Of a stretch of DNA of 64,000 bases, positions 1 to 9,543 are shown piece by piece. Below the pieces are notes generated by a model that saw only the letters and a program-made list of their open reading frames with translations, was not told the origin of the DNA and made no database searches. A program made the translations under genes and the position numbers. Where the stretch lies: positions 384,001 to 448,000 of the forward strand of contig CAWBVY010000004.1 in assembly GCA_963792415.1 (NCBI GenBank). Direction: 5' to 3'. The first letter of the stretch is position 1, and each line of letters begins with the position of its first letter. This DNA is from Candidatus Deferrimicrobiaceae bacterium. GTDB taxonomy: Bacteria; Desulfobacterota; Deferrimicrobia; Deferrimicrobiales; Deferrimicrobiaceae.

Positions 1-1569
1 CACGGATACGATGAGGGGATCATTTTCGGCCACGCCCTGGAGGGGAACCTCCATTTCGTCTTCACCCAGGATTTCAGCGATTCGGCGGAAGTAGCGCGCT
101 ACCAGCAGTTCATGGAAGACGTGTGCGACATGACGGTGAAGAAGTACGACGGGTCCCTAAAGGGGGAGCACGGCACGGGCCGGAACATGGCACCGTTCGT
201 GGAGATGGAGTGGGGGAACAAGGCGTATGCGCTGATGAAGCGGATCAAGCGGGCCTTCGACCCGAAACGCCTCCTCAACCCCGGCGTGATCATCAACGAC
301 AACCCCCTCGTGTACCTGGAGGACCTGAAGCCCCTCCCGAAGGTGCACGAGATCATCGACAAATGCACCGAGTGCGGGTTCTGCGAGATCATGTGTCCAT
401 CCAGGGACCTCACGACGACGCCGCGTCAGCGCATCGTCGTCCGGCGGGAGATCTCCCGGTTGGGGGCCGTCGGAGGCGACGGAGAGGCGCTTCGCCGCCT
501 CGAAACCGACTACCGGTACCTTGGCGAGCAGACGTGCGCGACGGACGGATTGTGCGCCACGACGTGCCCCGTGGCGATCAACACGGGGGAGCATACGAAG
601 GAGCTTCGGTCCCTGCAAAAAGGCCGCTTCGGCCGGTCCGCGGCCCGGTGGGCCGCCGGCCACTACGCAACGGTCACCGCCGGGGTCCGGGGAGGGCTTG
701 CCGCGATGGGAGCGGCGCGGACGGTGCTCGGGGACCGCGCCCTGGGCTCCGTGGCGCGGGGCGCAAGGGCCCTTTCGGGAGACCGGCTCCCCCTTTGGAA
801 TTCCCGCATGCCGAACGCGGCCCCGGCGCAATCGTTCCGGCACACGTCCAACGGCTCCGCCCGCAAGGTGGTCTATTTCCCCAGTTGCATCGTGCGGACC
901 ATGGGGCCTTCCCCCGGGGACCCGGACCAGCGCGCCCTCTTCGAGGCCGTCCGCTCGCTGCTCGGGAAGGCCGGGTACGAGATCCTGTACCCTCCCGATA
1001 TGGCCCGCCTGTGCTGCGGCATGCCGTTCGGGAGCAAGGGATTCGTCGAGGAGGCCGAGCGGAAGCGCAGGGAGCTCGAGGCGGCCCTCCTCGCATGCAG
1101 CCGGGACGGGGAGTACCCGGTGCTCTTCGACACGAGCCCGTGCCTCTACACGATGAAACAGAAACCGGACCCGCGCCTGCGGCTCTACGAGCCGGTCGAG
1201 TTCATCCATGCCTTCCTCCTGGACGCCCTGGAGTTCACGAAAATCCCGGAGACGATCGCCGTGCACGTTACGTGCAGCTCGATCAAGCTGGGTCTCCGGG
1301 AGAAGTTCCTGGCTGTGGCGGGGGCGTGCGCGGAGACGGTGGTGGTCCCCGATCGCGCGGGGTGCTGCGGCGTGGCAGGCGACCGGATCTTCTTCTTCCC
1401 GGAGCTCAACGAATCGGCGCTTTCTTCGCTCCGTGACGGCTTGCCGGCCGGTTGCCGATCCGGGGTTTCGAACAGCCGCACCTGCGAGATCGGTCTCTCC
1501 CTCCAGAGCGGTCTGCCGTACCAGTCCATCGTCTACCTGGCCGATCGATGCGCGGCAAGGAAGGCATAG
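1..1569 (+). CDS. FAD-linked/(Fe-S)-binding 2-hydroxyacid dehydrogenase (D-lactate dehydrogenase Dld-II / GlcD-GlcF fusion type), 5' partial
   Basis: Frame 1 is open from base 1 (HGYDEGIIFGHALEGNLHF). GSLKGEHGTGR and FDPKRLLNPG FAD-oxidase C-terminal motifs, CTECGFCEIMCP and CATDGLCATTCP ferredoxin motifs, and two CCG domains. Confidence 0.88.
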   Translation, partial: HGYDEGIIFGHALEGNLHFVFTQDFSDSAEVARYQQFMEDVCDMTVKKYDGSLKGEHGTGRNMAPFVEMEWGNKAYALMKRIKRAFDPKRLLNPGVIINDNPLVYLEDLKPLPKVHEIIDKCTECGFCEIMCPSRDLTTTPRQRIVVRREISRLGAVGGDGEALRRLETDYRYLGEQTCATDGLCATTCPVAINTGEHTKELRSLQKGRFGRSAARWAAGHYATVTAGVRGGLAAMGAARTVLGDRALGSVARGARALSGDRLPLWNSRMPNAAPAQSFRHTSNGSARKVVYFPSCIVRTMGPSPGDPDQRALFEAVRSLLGKAGYEILYPPDMARLCCGMPFGSKGFVEEAERKRRELEAALLACSRDGEYPVLFDTSPCLYTMKQKPDPRLRLYEPVEFIHAFLLDALEFTKIPETIAVHVTCSSIKLGLREKFLAVAGACAETVVVPDRAGCCGVAGDRIFFFPELNESALSSLRDGLPAGCRSGVSNSRTCEIGLSLQSGLPYQSIVYLADRCAARKA

Positions 1570-1700
1570 GAGTCGCCCCGGCCCCGATCCTGTCCTTCGC
1601 GATTGAAGAGAAACCATCCGGAAGTGCGAGACATCCTACGAGGAAAAAATGGCACTCGCGGGAGCCGTTTCACCGCGAACCTGCCCGGGGAGATCCTTTG

Positions 1701-3761
1701 ATGAAAGGTGTGACCTTCATAAGACCGAGCCTCGCCCAGGAGTTCACCAAAGACATCCTCGCCTCCGAGACGTTGACCCGGTTCAACGAGCTCATCCATA
1801 CCAGGGTTGCAGATGGGCGCACCCTGGAAGAAGTCCGCCGTTCCCTCGTGGAGGCCCGGCCGGCGAAGCAGGCCCGACTGGACGCCGGCGAGCCGCTCGA
1901 CTTCCTTCCGGCGGACGAAGTGATCACCTTCCTGGACGGGACCACGATGACGGCCAGGCAGATCCGGGAGGCCGACTGGAAAGTCGACGGGCAGCCGCCG
2001 CAGCTCAACGGGCGGCACGTCCAGCTCACCGGCCCGTGCTCGGATCCCACCATGGCGATCGGCGCCATGAACACGGGTCAGCAGTGGATGGCGGACAGCG
2101 AGGACGCCGCCGCGCAGACCGCCGACAGCGCGTTGCGGACGCAGCGCACCCTCAAGCTTCTCTGCACCTGGACGCCGGAGGGAAAGCGCGCCATCGATGG
2201 AACCAGCGGAAAGCGCCTGAAGCCCGAAAACGAGCTGGCGAGGATGATCTATCGTCCCCGGGGCCTGCACCTCGACGACCGGCACCTCCTGGTGGATGGA
2301 GAAGCCGTTTCCGGAGGCTTCGTGGACGCCTGGTTGTTCCTCAGGCATAACGCGAAATCGCTGATGGACCGAGACCTGCCGGTCGCCTTCTATCTTCCCA
2401 AGCTGGAGTGCGTGCAGGAGGCCGACCTCTGGCACACCTTCCTGTACGAGACGGAGAAGGCGCTGGACCTTCCGCCCGGGACGGTAAAGGTTTACTTCCT
2501 CGTGGAGATCATCAACGCCACGTATCAGCTCGAGGAGATGATGTACGCCTTCACCCGGCCGATCCGTGACGCACGGACCGGGAAGACCGTCCCCGCCTCC
2601 CGCTTCATCGGGCCGAACGTCGGCCGCTGGGATTACCTCGCCAGCATGTACCGGGCCACTCGTGCCGACCTCGCGGGCATTCCGCCCGACACGAACCTCG
2701 TGACGCTGGACGGGGCCCGGTTCCTGGCGGTGTACGAACAGTACGTCTCGGACATGGCGCGCCGGCGCGGCGCCGTCCCCTGGGGCGGAATGTCGGCCAA
2801 CATATTGCTCCGGGCCACCCTGCGCCCGGGGGACTTCGAAAAGATCGCCGGAAAGGAGGGTGCGCCGGCCCTGTTGAGCGCCCTTCAGGCCGCGGGGTAC
2901 GTGGATCCCAAGGGGAACGTGACCGGGAAGTTCCAGGAGGGAGCGGACGCGCTGCCCGGCCTGCCGGCACCCTACGAGCCGCAACGAAAGCAGATCATCG
3001 CGATCCTGGAGGCCGTCACCGCGCGGGCCTACAACAACAAGGTCGCCCTCGAGAAGGCGAGCGACGACAAGACCCGGGAATCGGGGTTGCGGCTGGCGAA
3101 GGACGGCGGGCGCCGTTGCTACTACGGAGCCTGGGTGGCGACGCTGGACATGGTCGCGGTCATCCAGCCGATCTTCGAGAAGGCCGCCAGGGAGGGCCTC
3201 CTGGCGGCGCTGGACACCGCTCCGGCGCGGACCGACTGGTACGGCAAGGAGCTTGCGGCCGGACTCCGGACGTTCCCGCAGGGACTGGTGACCGAGGACG
3301 GGATGCGGGAGGACATCACGATCACGCTTCAGTACATGGCCTCCTACCTCCAGGGGAGCGCAGCGGCGGCCGTGACGAGTCCTCAACTCAAGCTGCAGCT
3401 GATGGAGGACCTGGCAACGGCGGAGATCCGCCGGGCCGCCCTCTGGAAGCGTCTGCACGCCGGGGCCGTCCTCCAGGGAGAGGGGCCGTTGGCCGGAAAG
3501 CGACTGACCGAGGAGGTGTTCCTGCGGCTCCTGGACGAGGAGGCGGGAAAGCTCAAGGGCAAGTCGGTCGGCACGGCCAGGGAGATCTTGCGGTGGACGA
3601 CCACCGCCGGGAAGCTCATCCCCTGGATCTCCGATCCCCTGAACGTCGTGCTGGATGAGGAAAGTCCGGAGGCGATCACCGCCGCCCTCAAGGCGTACTT
3701 CGACACGTATGTCACTACCGGAAAGCGGCTTGCCAGGGTGGCGGGAGCGGAAAGCCGGTAG
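1701..3761 (+). CDS. Malate synthase family protein (enlarged, ~686 aa)
   Basis: MADSEDA, RPRGLHL, YLPKLE, GRWDY, GGMSA and LMEDLATAEI motifs match malate synthase A. ATG 1701 follows GGAG. Confidence 0.8.
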   Translation: MKGVTFIRPSLAQEFTKDILASETLTRFNELIHTRVADGRTLEEVRRSLVEARPAKQARLDAGEPLDFLPADEVITFLDGTTMTARQIREADWKVDGQPPQLNGRHVQLTGPCSDPTMAIGAMNTGQQWMADSEDAAAQTADSALRTQRTLKLLCTWTPEGKRAIDGTSGKRLKPENELARMIYRPRGLHLDDRHLLVDGEAVSGGFVDAWLFLRHNAKSLMDRDLPVAFYLPKLECVQEADLWHTFLYETEKALDLPPGTVKVYFLVEIINATYQLEEMMYAFTRPIRDARTGKTVPASRFIGPNVGRWDYLASMYRATRADLAGIPPDTNLVTLDGARFLAVYEQYVSDMARRRGAVPWGGMSANILLRATLRPGDFEKIAGKEGAPALLSALQAAGYVDPKGNVTGKFQEGADALPGLPAPYEPQRKQIIAILEAVTARAYNNKVALEKASDDKTRESGLRLAKDGGRRCYYGAWVATLDMVAVIQPIFEKAAREGLLAALDTAPARTDWYGKELAAGLRTFPQGLVTEDGMREDITITLQYMASYLQGSAAAAVTSPQLKLQLMEDLATAEIRRAALWKRLHAGAVLQGEGPLAGKRLTEEVFLRLLDEEAGKLKGKSVGTAREILRWTTTAGKLIPWISDPLNVVLDEESPEAITAALKAYFDTYVTTGKRLARVAGAESR

Positions 3762-3930
3762 GTCCCCGGAGCGGCGTCGCTCCCGATGCGATGGATCCTC
3801 CGTCCCGCCGGTTTTCGAACTTGACATCCCCGGGAAGGACGCTTAGTAAAGAATACGTACTCGATTCATGTGAAGGGACGGACCCGCGGAGTTTCGCCGG
3901 AAAACCGGGACAGGTGGAAAAGGAGGATCC

Positions 3931-4422
3931 ATGTACAAGAACATCCTGTTGCCGACGGACGGGTTGGCGAAATGCCTGGCGGGAACCTGCCACGGGATTC
4001 TGCTCGCCAAGGCCCTCGGAGCGAAAATAACGGCGGTGTACGTCACGAGGCATCTCACCGCCCAGGAGATTCTGGAGACCTATCACGAGGACACGCCGTG
4101 GGGCGCCTCGGACGGCAGGAAGGTCCAGGAGGCGATCGCGCAAGCGAAGGGATCGCACCGGGAAGAGGCGGACAAAGCCCTGGCGGTGGCGGAGAGAATG
4201 TGCGCAGAAAACGGCGTTCCGTGCGAGAAGGTGCAACTCGAGGATGAATCCCCGGCGGATGGAATCCTGCATGCGGCACGCCAGAAAGGGTGTGACGCGA
4301 TCTTCATGTCGACGCACGGCAAACCGGGAATCATGGGCATACTGTTCGGGACCTTGGCGTCGAAAGTCCTATCGCAATCGAAGATCGCCGTCATGGTGCA
4401 CTACTGCGACGGACCGGATTGA
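3931..4422 (+). CDS. Universal stress protein (UspA family)
   Basis: MYKNILLPTDG start, CDAIFMSTHG..G..GTLASKVL motif, strong AGGAGG RBS. Confidence 0.9.
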   Translation: MYKNILLPTDGLAKCLAGTCHGILLAKALGAKITAVYVTRHLTAQEILETYHEDTPWGASDGRKVQEAIAQAKGSHREEADKALAVAERMCAENGVPCEKVQLEDESPADGILHAARQKGCDAIFMSTHGKPGIMGILFGTLASKVLSQSKIAVMVHYCDGPD

Positions 4423-4476
4423 GACGATCGTACGGAAACAGGTGACGGTGGGCGGAACCGGTCCGTTTCCCGGGGG

Positions 4477-5424
4477 TCAGGCGGGGAATTGGACCTTTCC
4501 CCGGGCTCTCAATTCCAGCGGCAGCAGGCTGCGGTACAGGTAATCATGAAGCGGGGTGGCGACGCCGGCCTGTTGCCCAAGGCGGACCACGGCCCCGTTC
4601 CACGCCTCAAGCTCCGACGGGCAACCGGCGATGATGTCCCGCTGCATCGAGACGGTCCCCTCCGGGGGCAGGGAATCCACGAAATCCATCGTCCTGGCGA
4701 CGATATCGTCCCTTAGAACAACCTTTCTTTCTTGGGCAACGGCCCGAATCTCGCGCATCCCCTCTTCCAGCATCCGGCGCGTCTCCGGGAGCGTGCGCAA
4801 GGTTCCGACCGGCGCGCGCGTCACCGCCCCGATTCCCCCCAGGGGAGCGATGAACAGGAACTTTTCCCAGACGGAAACGTGGATATCCGGAGAGATTTCC
4901 GCGGCGATCCCTCCCCGGGACAGGAATTCCCGAAGCCGTTCGGTCCGTTCGCTCGGGCGGTGATCGAGCTCACCGACCGTGATGGAGGCCGGCCCGCCGA
5001 GGTGGCGTATGCATCCCGGCGCGGCGATGAAGGTCAATACCCTGGCCGAGCCGCCGACCACGCGCTCCCGGCCCAGGACCGAAGCGAGCTGGTCCGCGGC
5101 TTCCACGCCGTTCTGCAGCGGGACCACGAACGTTTCCGGCCCGATCAACGGCCGGATCGCCTGCGCCACTTCCGGTACCTGCCACGCCTTCACGCAGACG
5201 AAGACGACGTCGACCGCTCCCGCCTTCGCCGGATCGTCCGTCACCAGGGCCGGCGTGACGACGAAGTCGCCATCGGTGCTGTCAACGCGCAGGCCGTTCT
5301 CGCGGATCGCCCGGAGATGTTCGCCGCGCGCGATGAGGATGACGTGCTCTCCCGCCCGGGCCAGGCGTGCGCCGAAATAGCCTCCGGTCCCGCCCGCCCC
5401 GAACATGGCGATTCGCATTCTCAT
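4477..5424 (-). CDS. panE: 2-dehydropantoate 2-reductase family (PanE/ApbA)
   Basis: GAGGTGG Rossmann motif, VKAWQ, LQNGVE, WEKFLF, SMQRD..G.PSE. ATGA overlap with the upstream stop. Confidence 0.85.
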   Translation of the reverse strand: MRMRIAMFGAGGTGGYFGARLARAGEHVILIARGEHLRAIRENGLRVDSTDGDFVVTPALVTDDPAKAGAVDVVFVCVKAWQVPEVAQAIRPLIGPETFVVPLQNGVEAADQLASVLGRERVVGGSARVLTFIAAPGCIRHLGGPASITVGELDHRPSERTERLREFLSRGGIAAEISPDIHVSVWEKFLFIAPLGGIGAVTRAPVGTLRTLPETRRMLEEGMREIRAVAQERKVVLRDDIVARTMDFVDSLPPEGTVSMQRDIIAGCPSELEAWNGAVVRLGQQAGVATPLHDYLYRSLLPLELRARGKVQFPA

Positions 5425-6068
5425 CGAACGATGATGATTCCCGCAAGGACGCCGCAGGGGATCTCGTCGGGCTTGGCGTCGCTCCCGATGGGGTAGACGC
5501 TCCATCCCGCCGAGGCGATCATCTTGTAGACGTCGATGCCCACGGCCTCCATCGACGGCCTGGAGCGGAGGGAAAACCGGCACTTCGTGCCTTTCATGAC
5601 CGCGCAATCTTCCTGTTGGGCGCAGAAGGTATGCCGGCAGGACCCTGCGCCGAAGCCGAACGCCAGGTAGTGGCCGTCATAAAAGGCTGCCGATTCGACG
5701 CCGTTCACGATCTTGTAGACATCCTGGTACGCGGCGATTCTCTCCCTGATCGTCGCCTTGTCCCTGACGACGACCTCGGAGGGGATCTCCTTTACGAAGA
5801 AAACCGCCGACTGGTACTTCTCCAGAAGGGAACGGAGCTCGGCAGGCTTCATCGTGTTGGGAGGACAGTTCGCGCTGACTCCATATCCGAAGCAGAGGGG
5901 GATCTGGCACTTCATCCTCACCCGATCGTCGACGGGGATATCGTTGACAGGGACGATTCTGGCCCGGGTGGCGCCCAGTTCCATGGCCTTCTCCTGGTAT
6001 TTCCGCAGATCGCCTGCAATCTGGACCTCGTCGACGGCGAGCGTGATTTCCTTCGGTTTCCGTCCCAT
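5421..6068 (-). CDS. DUF2284-type Cys-rich metal-binding protein
   Basis: KCQIPLCFGYG..NCPP, GSCRHTFC...C...C and RPSMEAVGIDV motifs. GGAGG RBS before ATG 6068. Confidence 0.75.
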   Translation of the reverse strand: MGRKPKEITLAVDEVQIAGDLRKYQEKAMELGATRARIVPVNDIPVDDRVRMKCQIPLCFGYGVSANCPPNTMKPAELRSLLEKYQSAVFFVKEIPSEVVVRDKATIRERIAAYQDVYKIVNGVESAAFYDGHYLAFGFGAGSCRHTFCAQQEDCAVMKGTKCRFSLRSRPSMEAVGIDVYKMIASAGWSVYPIGSDAKPDEIPCGVLAGIIIVR

Positions 6069-6087
6069 CTCCACCTCCGGGATTTCC

Positions 6088-6840
6088 TTATCCCCGCCCG
6101 ATAAAGGGCATCTTTGTGGCCATGACGGTCAAGAACTGCACGTTCGCCTCCAGAGGAAGACCGGCCATGTACACAACGGCCTGCGCGACGTGCTCCACAT
6201 CCATGGTCGGTTCCACGGCGGTCGTGCCGTTGGCCTGCGGCACGCCGGTTTTCATCCGTTGCACCATTTCCGTCGCCGCGTTGCCGATGTCGATCTGGCC
6301 GCAGGCGATATCGTACTTGCGGCCGTCGAGCGCGGTCGATTTCGTGAGACCGGTGATGGCGTGCTTGGTGGCCGTATAGGGGGCGGAGTTCGGCCTGGGC
6401 GCGTGGGCGGATATCGACCCGTTGTTGATGATCCTCCCGCCCATCGGGCGCTGGCTCTTCATGATCCTGAACGCTTCCTGCGTGCACAGAAACACGCCGG
6501 TGAGATTGACGTCCACCACGGCTTTCCACTGTTCGTGGGACAGGTCCTCCAAAAGGACCGGCGGTGCGCCTATGCCCGCATTGTTGAACAGCAGGTCGAG
6601 CCTGCCGAAGGCTTCCCGGGTCCTGTCGAACAGGGCGCGAACGGATGCGGGATCCGACACATCGACGGGCACGGCCAACGCCCGCGCGCCGGCCGCCCCC
6701 GCCTGGTCGACCGTCTCCTGCAGCCGCTCCAACCGCCGCCCGGCCAGGGCAACGGCGTATCCCTCGCGCAGAAGGGCAAGCGCGGTCTGCCTGCCGATCC
6801 CCGTTCCCGCGCCGGTTACGATGGCAACTTTCTGCCGCAC
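6088..6840 (-). CDS. SDR family oxidoreductase
   Basis: [13 protein letters not shown] and YTATK catalytic motifs. GTG start with GGAGG RBS. Confidence 0.92.
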   Translation of the reverse strand: MRQKVAIVTGAGTGIGRQTALALLREGYAVALAGRRLERLQETVDQAGAAGARALAVPVDVSDPASVRALFDRTREAFGRLDLLFNNAGIGAPPVLLEDLSHEQWKAVVDVNLTGVFLCTQEAFRIMKSQRPMGGRIINNGSISAHAPRPNSAPYTATKHAITGLTKSTALDGRKYDIACGQIDIGNAATEMVQRMKTGVPQANGTTAVEPTMDVEHVAQAVVYMAGLPLEANVQFLTVMATKMPFIGRG

Positions 6841-7199
6841 TACTCCTCCAGCTGGGTCAGTACGCTTCCCAGCCGGGAAACGTAGATGTGGGAGAATTCC
6901 GAGTCCCCGGTCGCGCCGTGCCAATGTTTTTCTCCCGGAGCGATGAGGACGATGTCCCCTTCGGTCACGACCCGCTCTTCCCTTTCCGTGGCCACGATCC
7001 CTTTTCCGGAAGTGACGATCAGGACCTGTTCGCTGTCGTGGGAATGGAACTTGTTCCGCACTCCCTTGCCGAAGTTCACGACATTCACGCTGAGCTCCTT
7101 GCTGTCGGGCACCAGGAGCTGTCTCGTCACATCCGACCCCGTGAAGATGGGACGGGAAAACGGTTCCTTCTCTACCTCGCGGATCGATACGATTTTCAT
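6840..7199 (-). CDS. Cupin domain protein
   Basis: FHSHDSEQ and GEKHWHG cupin metal-binding motifs; 119 aa. Confidence 0.85.
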   Translation of the reverse strand: MKIVSIREVEKEPFSRPIFTGSDVTRQLLVPDSKELSVNVVNFGKGVRNKFHSHDSEQVLIVTSGKGIVATEREERVVTEGDIVLIAPGEKHWHGATGDSEFSHIYVSRLGSVLTQLEE

Positions 7200-7216
7200 C
7201 CCGTGCCCCCGGATTT

Positions 7217-7561
7217 CTACTGTATGGGCGGAGAGTGGTGTATGAAGATCCTCAACGACTCGTTGCCGGTATTCTTCAACGCGTGCTCGTTGGTCTGCGA
7301 CACGAAGATGTAATCGCCGGCCTCGACGGGCTCCCAGGCTCCATTGACGTATGCTTCCCCTTTTCCGGAGACCACGAGCATGGAATCCACCTGCGGATCG
7401 TGGATGTGGATGGGGAGGCTGGCATTGGGCTGAATATCGATCAGGCAGACGCTGACGGCATTCGTGTCCTTCCCCGAGATGAACAGGGACCACTGCACGT
7501 TGGCGAACCTGGGATGCGGGGTAAACGACATTTCTTTCTTGCGGAACAATCGGGTTTCCAT
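7217..7561 (-). CDS. Cupin domain protein
   Basis: [25 protein letters not shown] motifs. AGAGGAG RBS before ATG 7561. Confidence 0.82.
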   Translation of the reverse strand: METRLFRKKEMSFTPHPRFANVQWSLFISGKDTNAVSVCLIDIQPNASLPIHIHDPQVDSMLVVSGKGEAYVNGAWEPVEAGDYIFVSQTNEHALKNTGNESLRIFIHHSPPIQ

Positions 7562-7844
7562 CGATGGTCTCCTCTTGTCCTCCTGTCGAAAAAACGTTGC
7601 CCATGTGGAAATCCCGTTGATTTCCCTGCCTCTTTCCGCGTCTTCCCGCCGCCAGTATATATCCCTCCCGTTCGGCGTCAACCCTGAACGACATCATGGA
7701 TAGGCACTCCCTCTTTCGAAATGCGTGCCATCGTGACGGTGATCTTGCGAAACCATTCAGGTCGTTTCAATGAATCGTGAAATTCCCGGATCCATACATT
7801 ACAATATTCGACACATTAGGGGCTTCGATGAGGGGGGGGGAACC

Positions 7845-9032
7845 ATGGTTTTTCCAGGCGGACGTCATTTTCTTCAAATTCCCGGGCCCACGAATGTACC
7901 GGACCGGGTCCTGCGTGCCATGAACCGGCCGACCATCGACCATCGCGGTTCCGAATTCGCCCGACTCTCTCTCGACGTGCTCGAAGGGCTCAAGCGGATC
8001 TTCCGGACCTCCGCGCCCGTCATCGTTTACCCATCGTCCGGCACCGGCGCCTGGGAGGCGGCGCTCGTCAACACCCTTTCGGCGGGGGATAAGATCCTGA
8101 TGTTTGAAACCGGGCATTTCGCGACGCTGTGGCGGAACCTGGCGAAGGAGCTCGGCCTGGAGGTCGATTTCCTTCCCGGCGACTGGCGACACGGCGTGGA
8201 CGCGAAGGCCCTCGAAAAAGCGCTCGCGGAAGACGGGGCGCACGCGATCAAGGTCGTCGGGGTCGTCCACAACGAAACCTCCACCGGGGTCACCACCCGG
8301 ATATCCGAAATCCGGAAAGCCATCGATCGTGCCGGGCATCCCGCCCTGTTGATGGTCGATACGATCTCCTCCCTGGCATCCATCGATTATCGCCATGACG
8401 CGTGGGGAGTCGACGTGGCCGTGGGATGCTCCCAGAAGGGGCTGATGCTGCCGCCGGGTCTTGGCCTGAACGCCATCAGCGAAAAGGCCCGACAGGCGTC
8501 GAAATCGGCAAGGCTGAAGAAATCGTACTGGGCCTGGGAGCCGATCCTTGCGGCCAACAAGTCGGGCTTCTTCCCATACACCCCTCCGACAAATCTGTTG
8601 TACGGTTTACAGGAAGCCGTCCGGATGCTGGAAGAGGAAGGAGTGCGGAACGTCTTCGCCCGCCATGACCGCCACGCCGAGGCGACGCGGCGGGCCGTGC
8701 GGGGATGGGGACTCGAAATCCTTTGTGCCGACCCCGAAGAATACAGCAGTTCCCTTACCGCGGTCCTGATGCCGGAGGAGCATGATGCGGACGATCTGCG
8801 TGGCGTGATAATGGAGAACTTCAACTTGTCCCTGGGCACCGGATTGGGAAAGGTCAAGGGGAAGGTGTTCCGCATCGGCCACCTTGGCGATTTCAACGAC
8901 CTCATGCTCGCCGGAACCCTTTCCGGCGTTGAAATGGGCCTCTCCCTCGCCGGCGTCCCCTACTCGAGAGGAGGGGTGGCGGAAGCCCTCGATTACCTGC
9001 AATGCACCCGGAAAGGGAACGTCAGCCGCTAG
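7845..9032 (+). CDS. sgaA: Serine-glyoxylate aminotransferase family (class V PLP enzyme)
   Basis: GRHFLQIPGPTNVP, VHNETSTG, SQKGLMLPPGL (PLP lysine), FRIGHLG. Confidence 0.85.
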   Translation: MVFPGGRHFLQIPGPTNVPDRVLRAMNRPTIDHRGSEFARLSLDVLEGLKRIFRTSAPVIVYPSSGTGAWEAALVNTLSAGDKILMFETGHFATLWRNLAKELGLEVDFLPGDWRHGVDAKALEKALAEDGAHAIKVVGVVHNETSTGVTTRISEIRKAIDRAGHPALLMVDTISSLASIDYRHDAWGVDVAVGCSQKGLMLPPGLGLNAISEKARQASKSARLKKSYWAWEPILAANKSGFFPYTPPTNLLYGLQEAVRMLEEEGVRNVFARHDRHAEATRRAVRGWGLEILCADPEEYSSSLTAVLMPEEHDADDLRGVIMENFNLSLGTGLGKVKGKVFRIGHLGDFNDLMLAGTLSGVEMGLSLAGVPYSRGGVAEALDYLQCTRKGNVSR

Positions 9033-9427
9033 GATACGAAGTTCCTGCACTTCTCGATGTTGACGACGTGCACTTCCCGCATGTCGGCGAAGAACGCCTT
9101 CTCTTGGGCGTTCATCTCCGCGGGAGGGATCTCGTCGATCTTGCGGACGACCCACGATTGCCCCTTGACCAGGAGCGCGACCTGCTCGGCCTCCGTCGCC
9201 AGTGCGATCACCTTGTCCGCGAACGCGCCGACGTTCGTCGTGGGGGCCGCGCCGCGGGCCTGAAGGAACCCGAACAGGCCGGCGCAGAATTTCCCCTCGT
9301 CGTTCCGGAAGAGGGTGAAGAGCTCCTTCTTCCCCATGTCCTTTGCCTGGTCCGCCATCGCGTCGAGGCACTTCACTCCCGCACGCTCCGCTTCCAGCAG
9401 TTCCTGCAACCGGTCGATCAGCGTCAT
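9029..9427 (-). CDS. Small ferritin-like four-helix protein (DUF6306-like)
   Basis: LLEAERAG..., DEGKFC, GQSWVVRKI, MREVH pattern with ExxR/DE/H ligands. GGGGGAG RBS. Confidence 0.65.
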   Translation of the reverse strand: MTLIDRLQELLEAERAGVKCLDAMADQAKDMGKKELFTLFRNDEGKFCAGLFGFLQARGAAPTTNVGAFADKVIALATEAEQVALLVKGQSWVVRKIDEIPPAEMNAQEKAFFADMREVHVVNIEKCRNFVS

Positions 9428-9475
9428 TGTCTCCCCCTTCCTCCTTCGCGCCGGATGCCGTACTCACCGCAACCG

Positions 9476-9538
9476 CTTCCTTCGCTTCCTCCTCCGCTGC
9501 CAGGGCAGCTTCGGAGGACAAGCCGGAGGACAAGCCCG
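9476..9538 (+). repeat. 63-bp nested palindromic element, intergenic copy
   Basis: 60/63 identical to the reverse complement of 10080-10142. Core hairpin CCTCCG-CTGCC..GGCAG-CTT-CGGAGG. Confidence 0.9.
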
Positions 9539-9543
9539 CAGTT

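Noticed and set aside
1650-1665. sigma54 promoter TGGCAC before malate synthase (and a similar minus-strand site near 7730)
   Set aside because: The GG-N10-GC spacing is not met (N11 here, GA at -12 near 7730).
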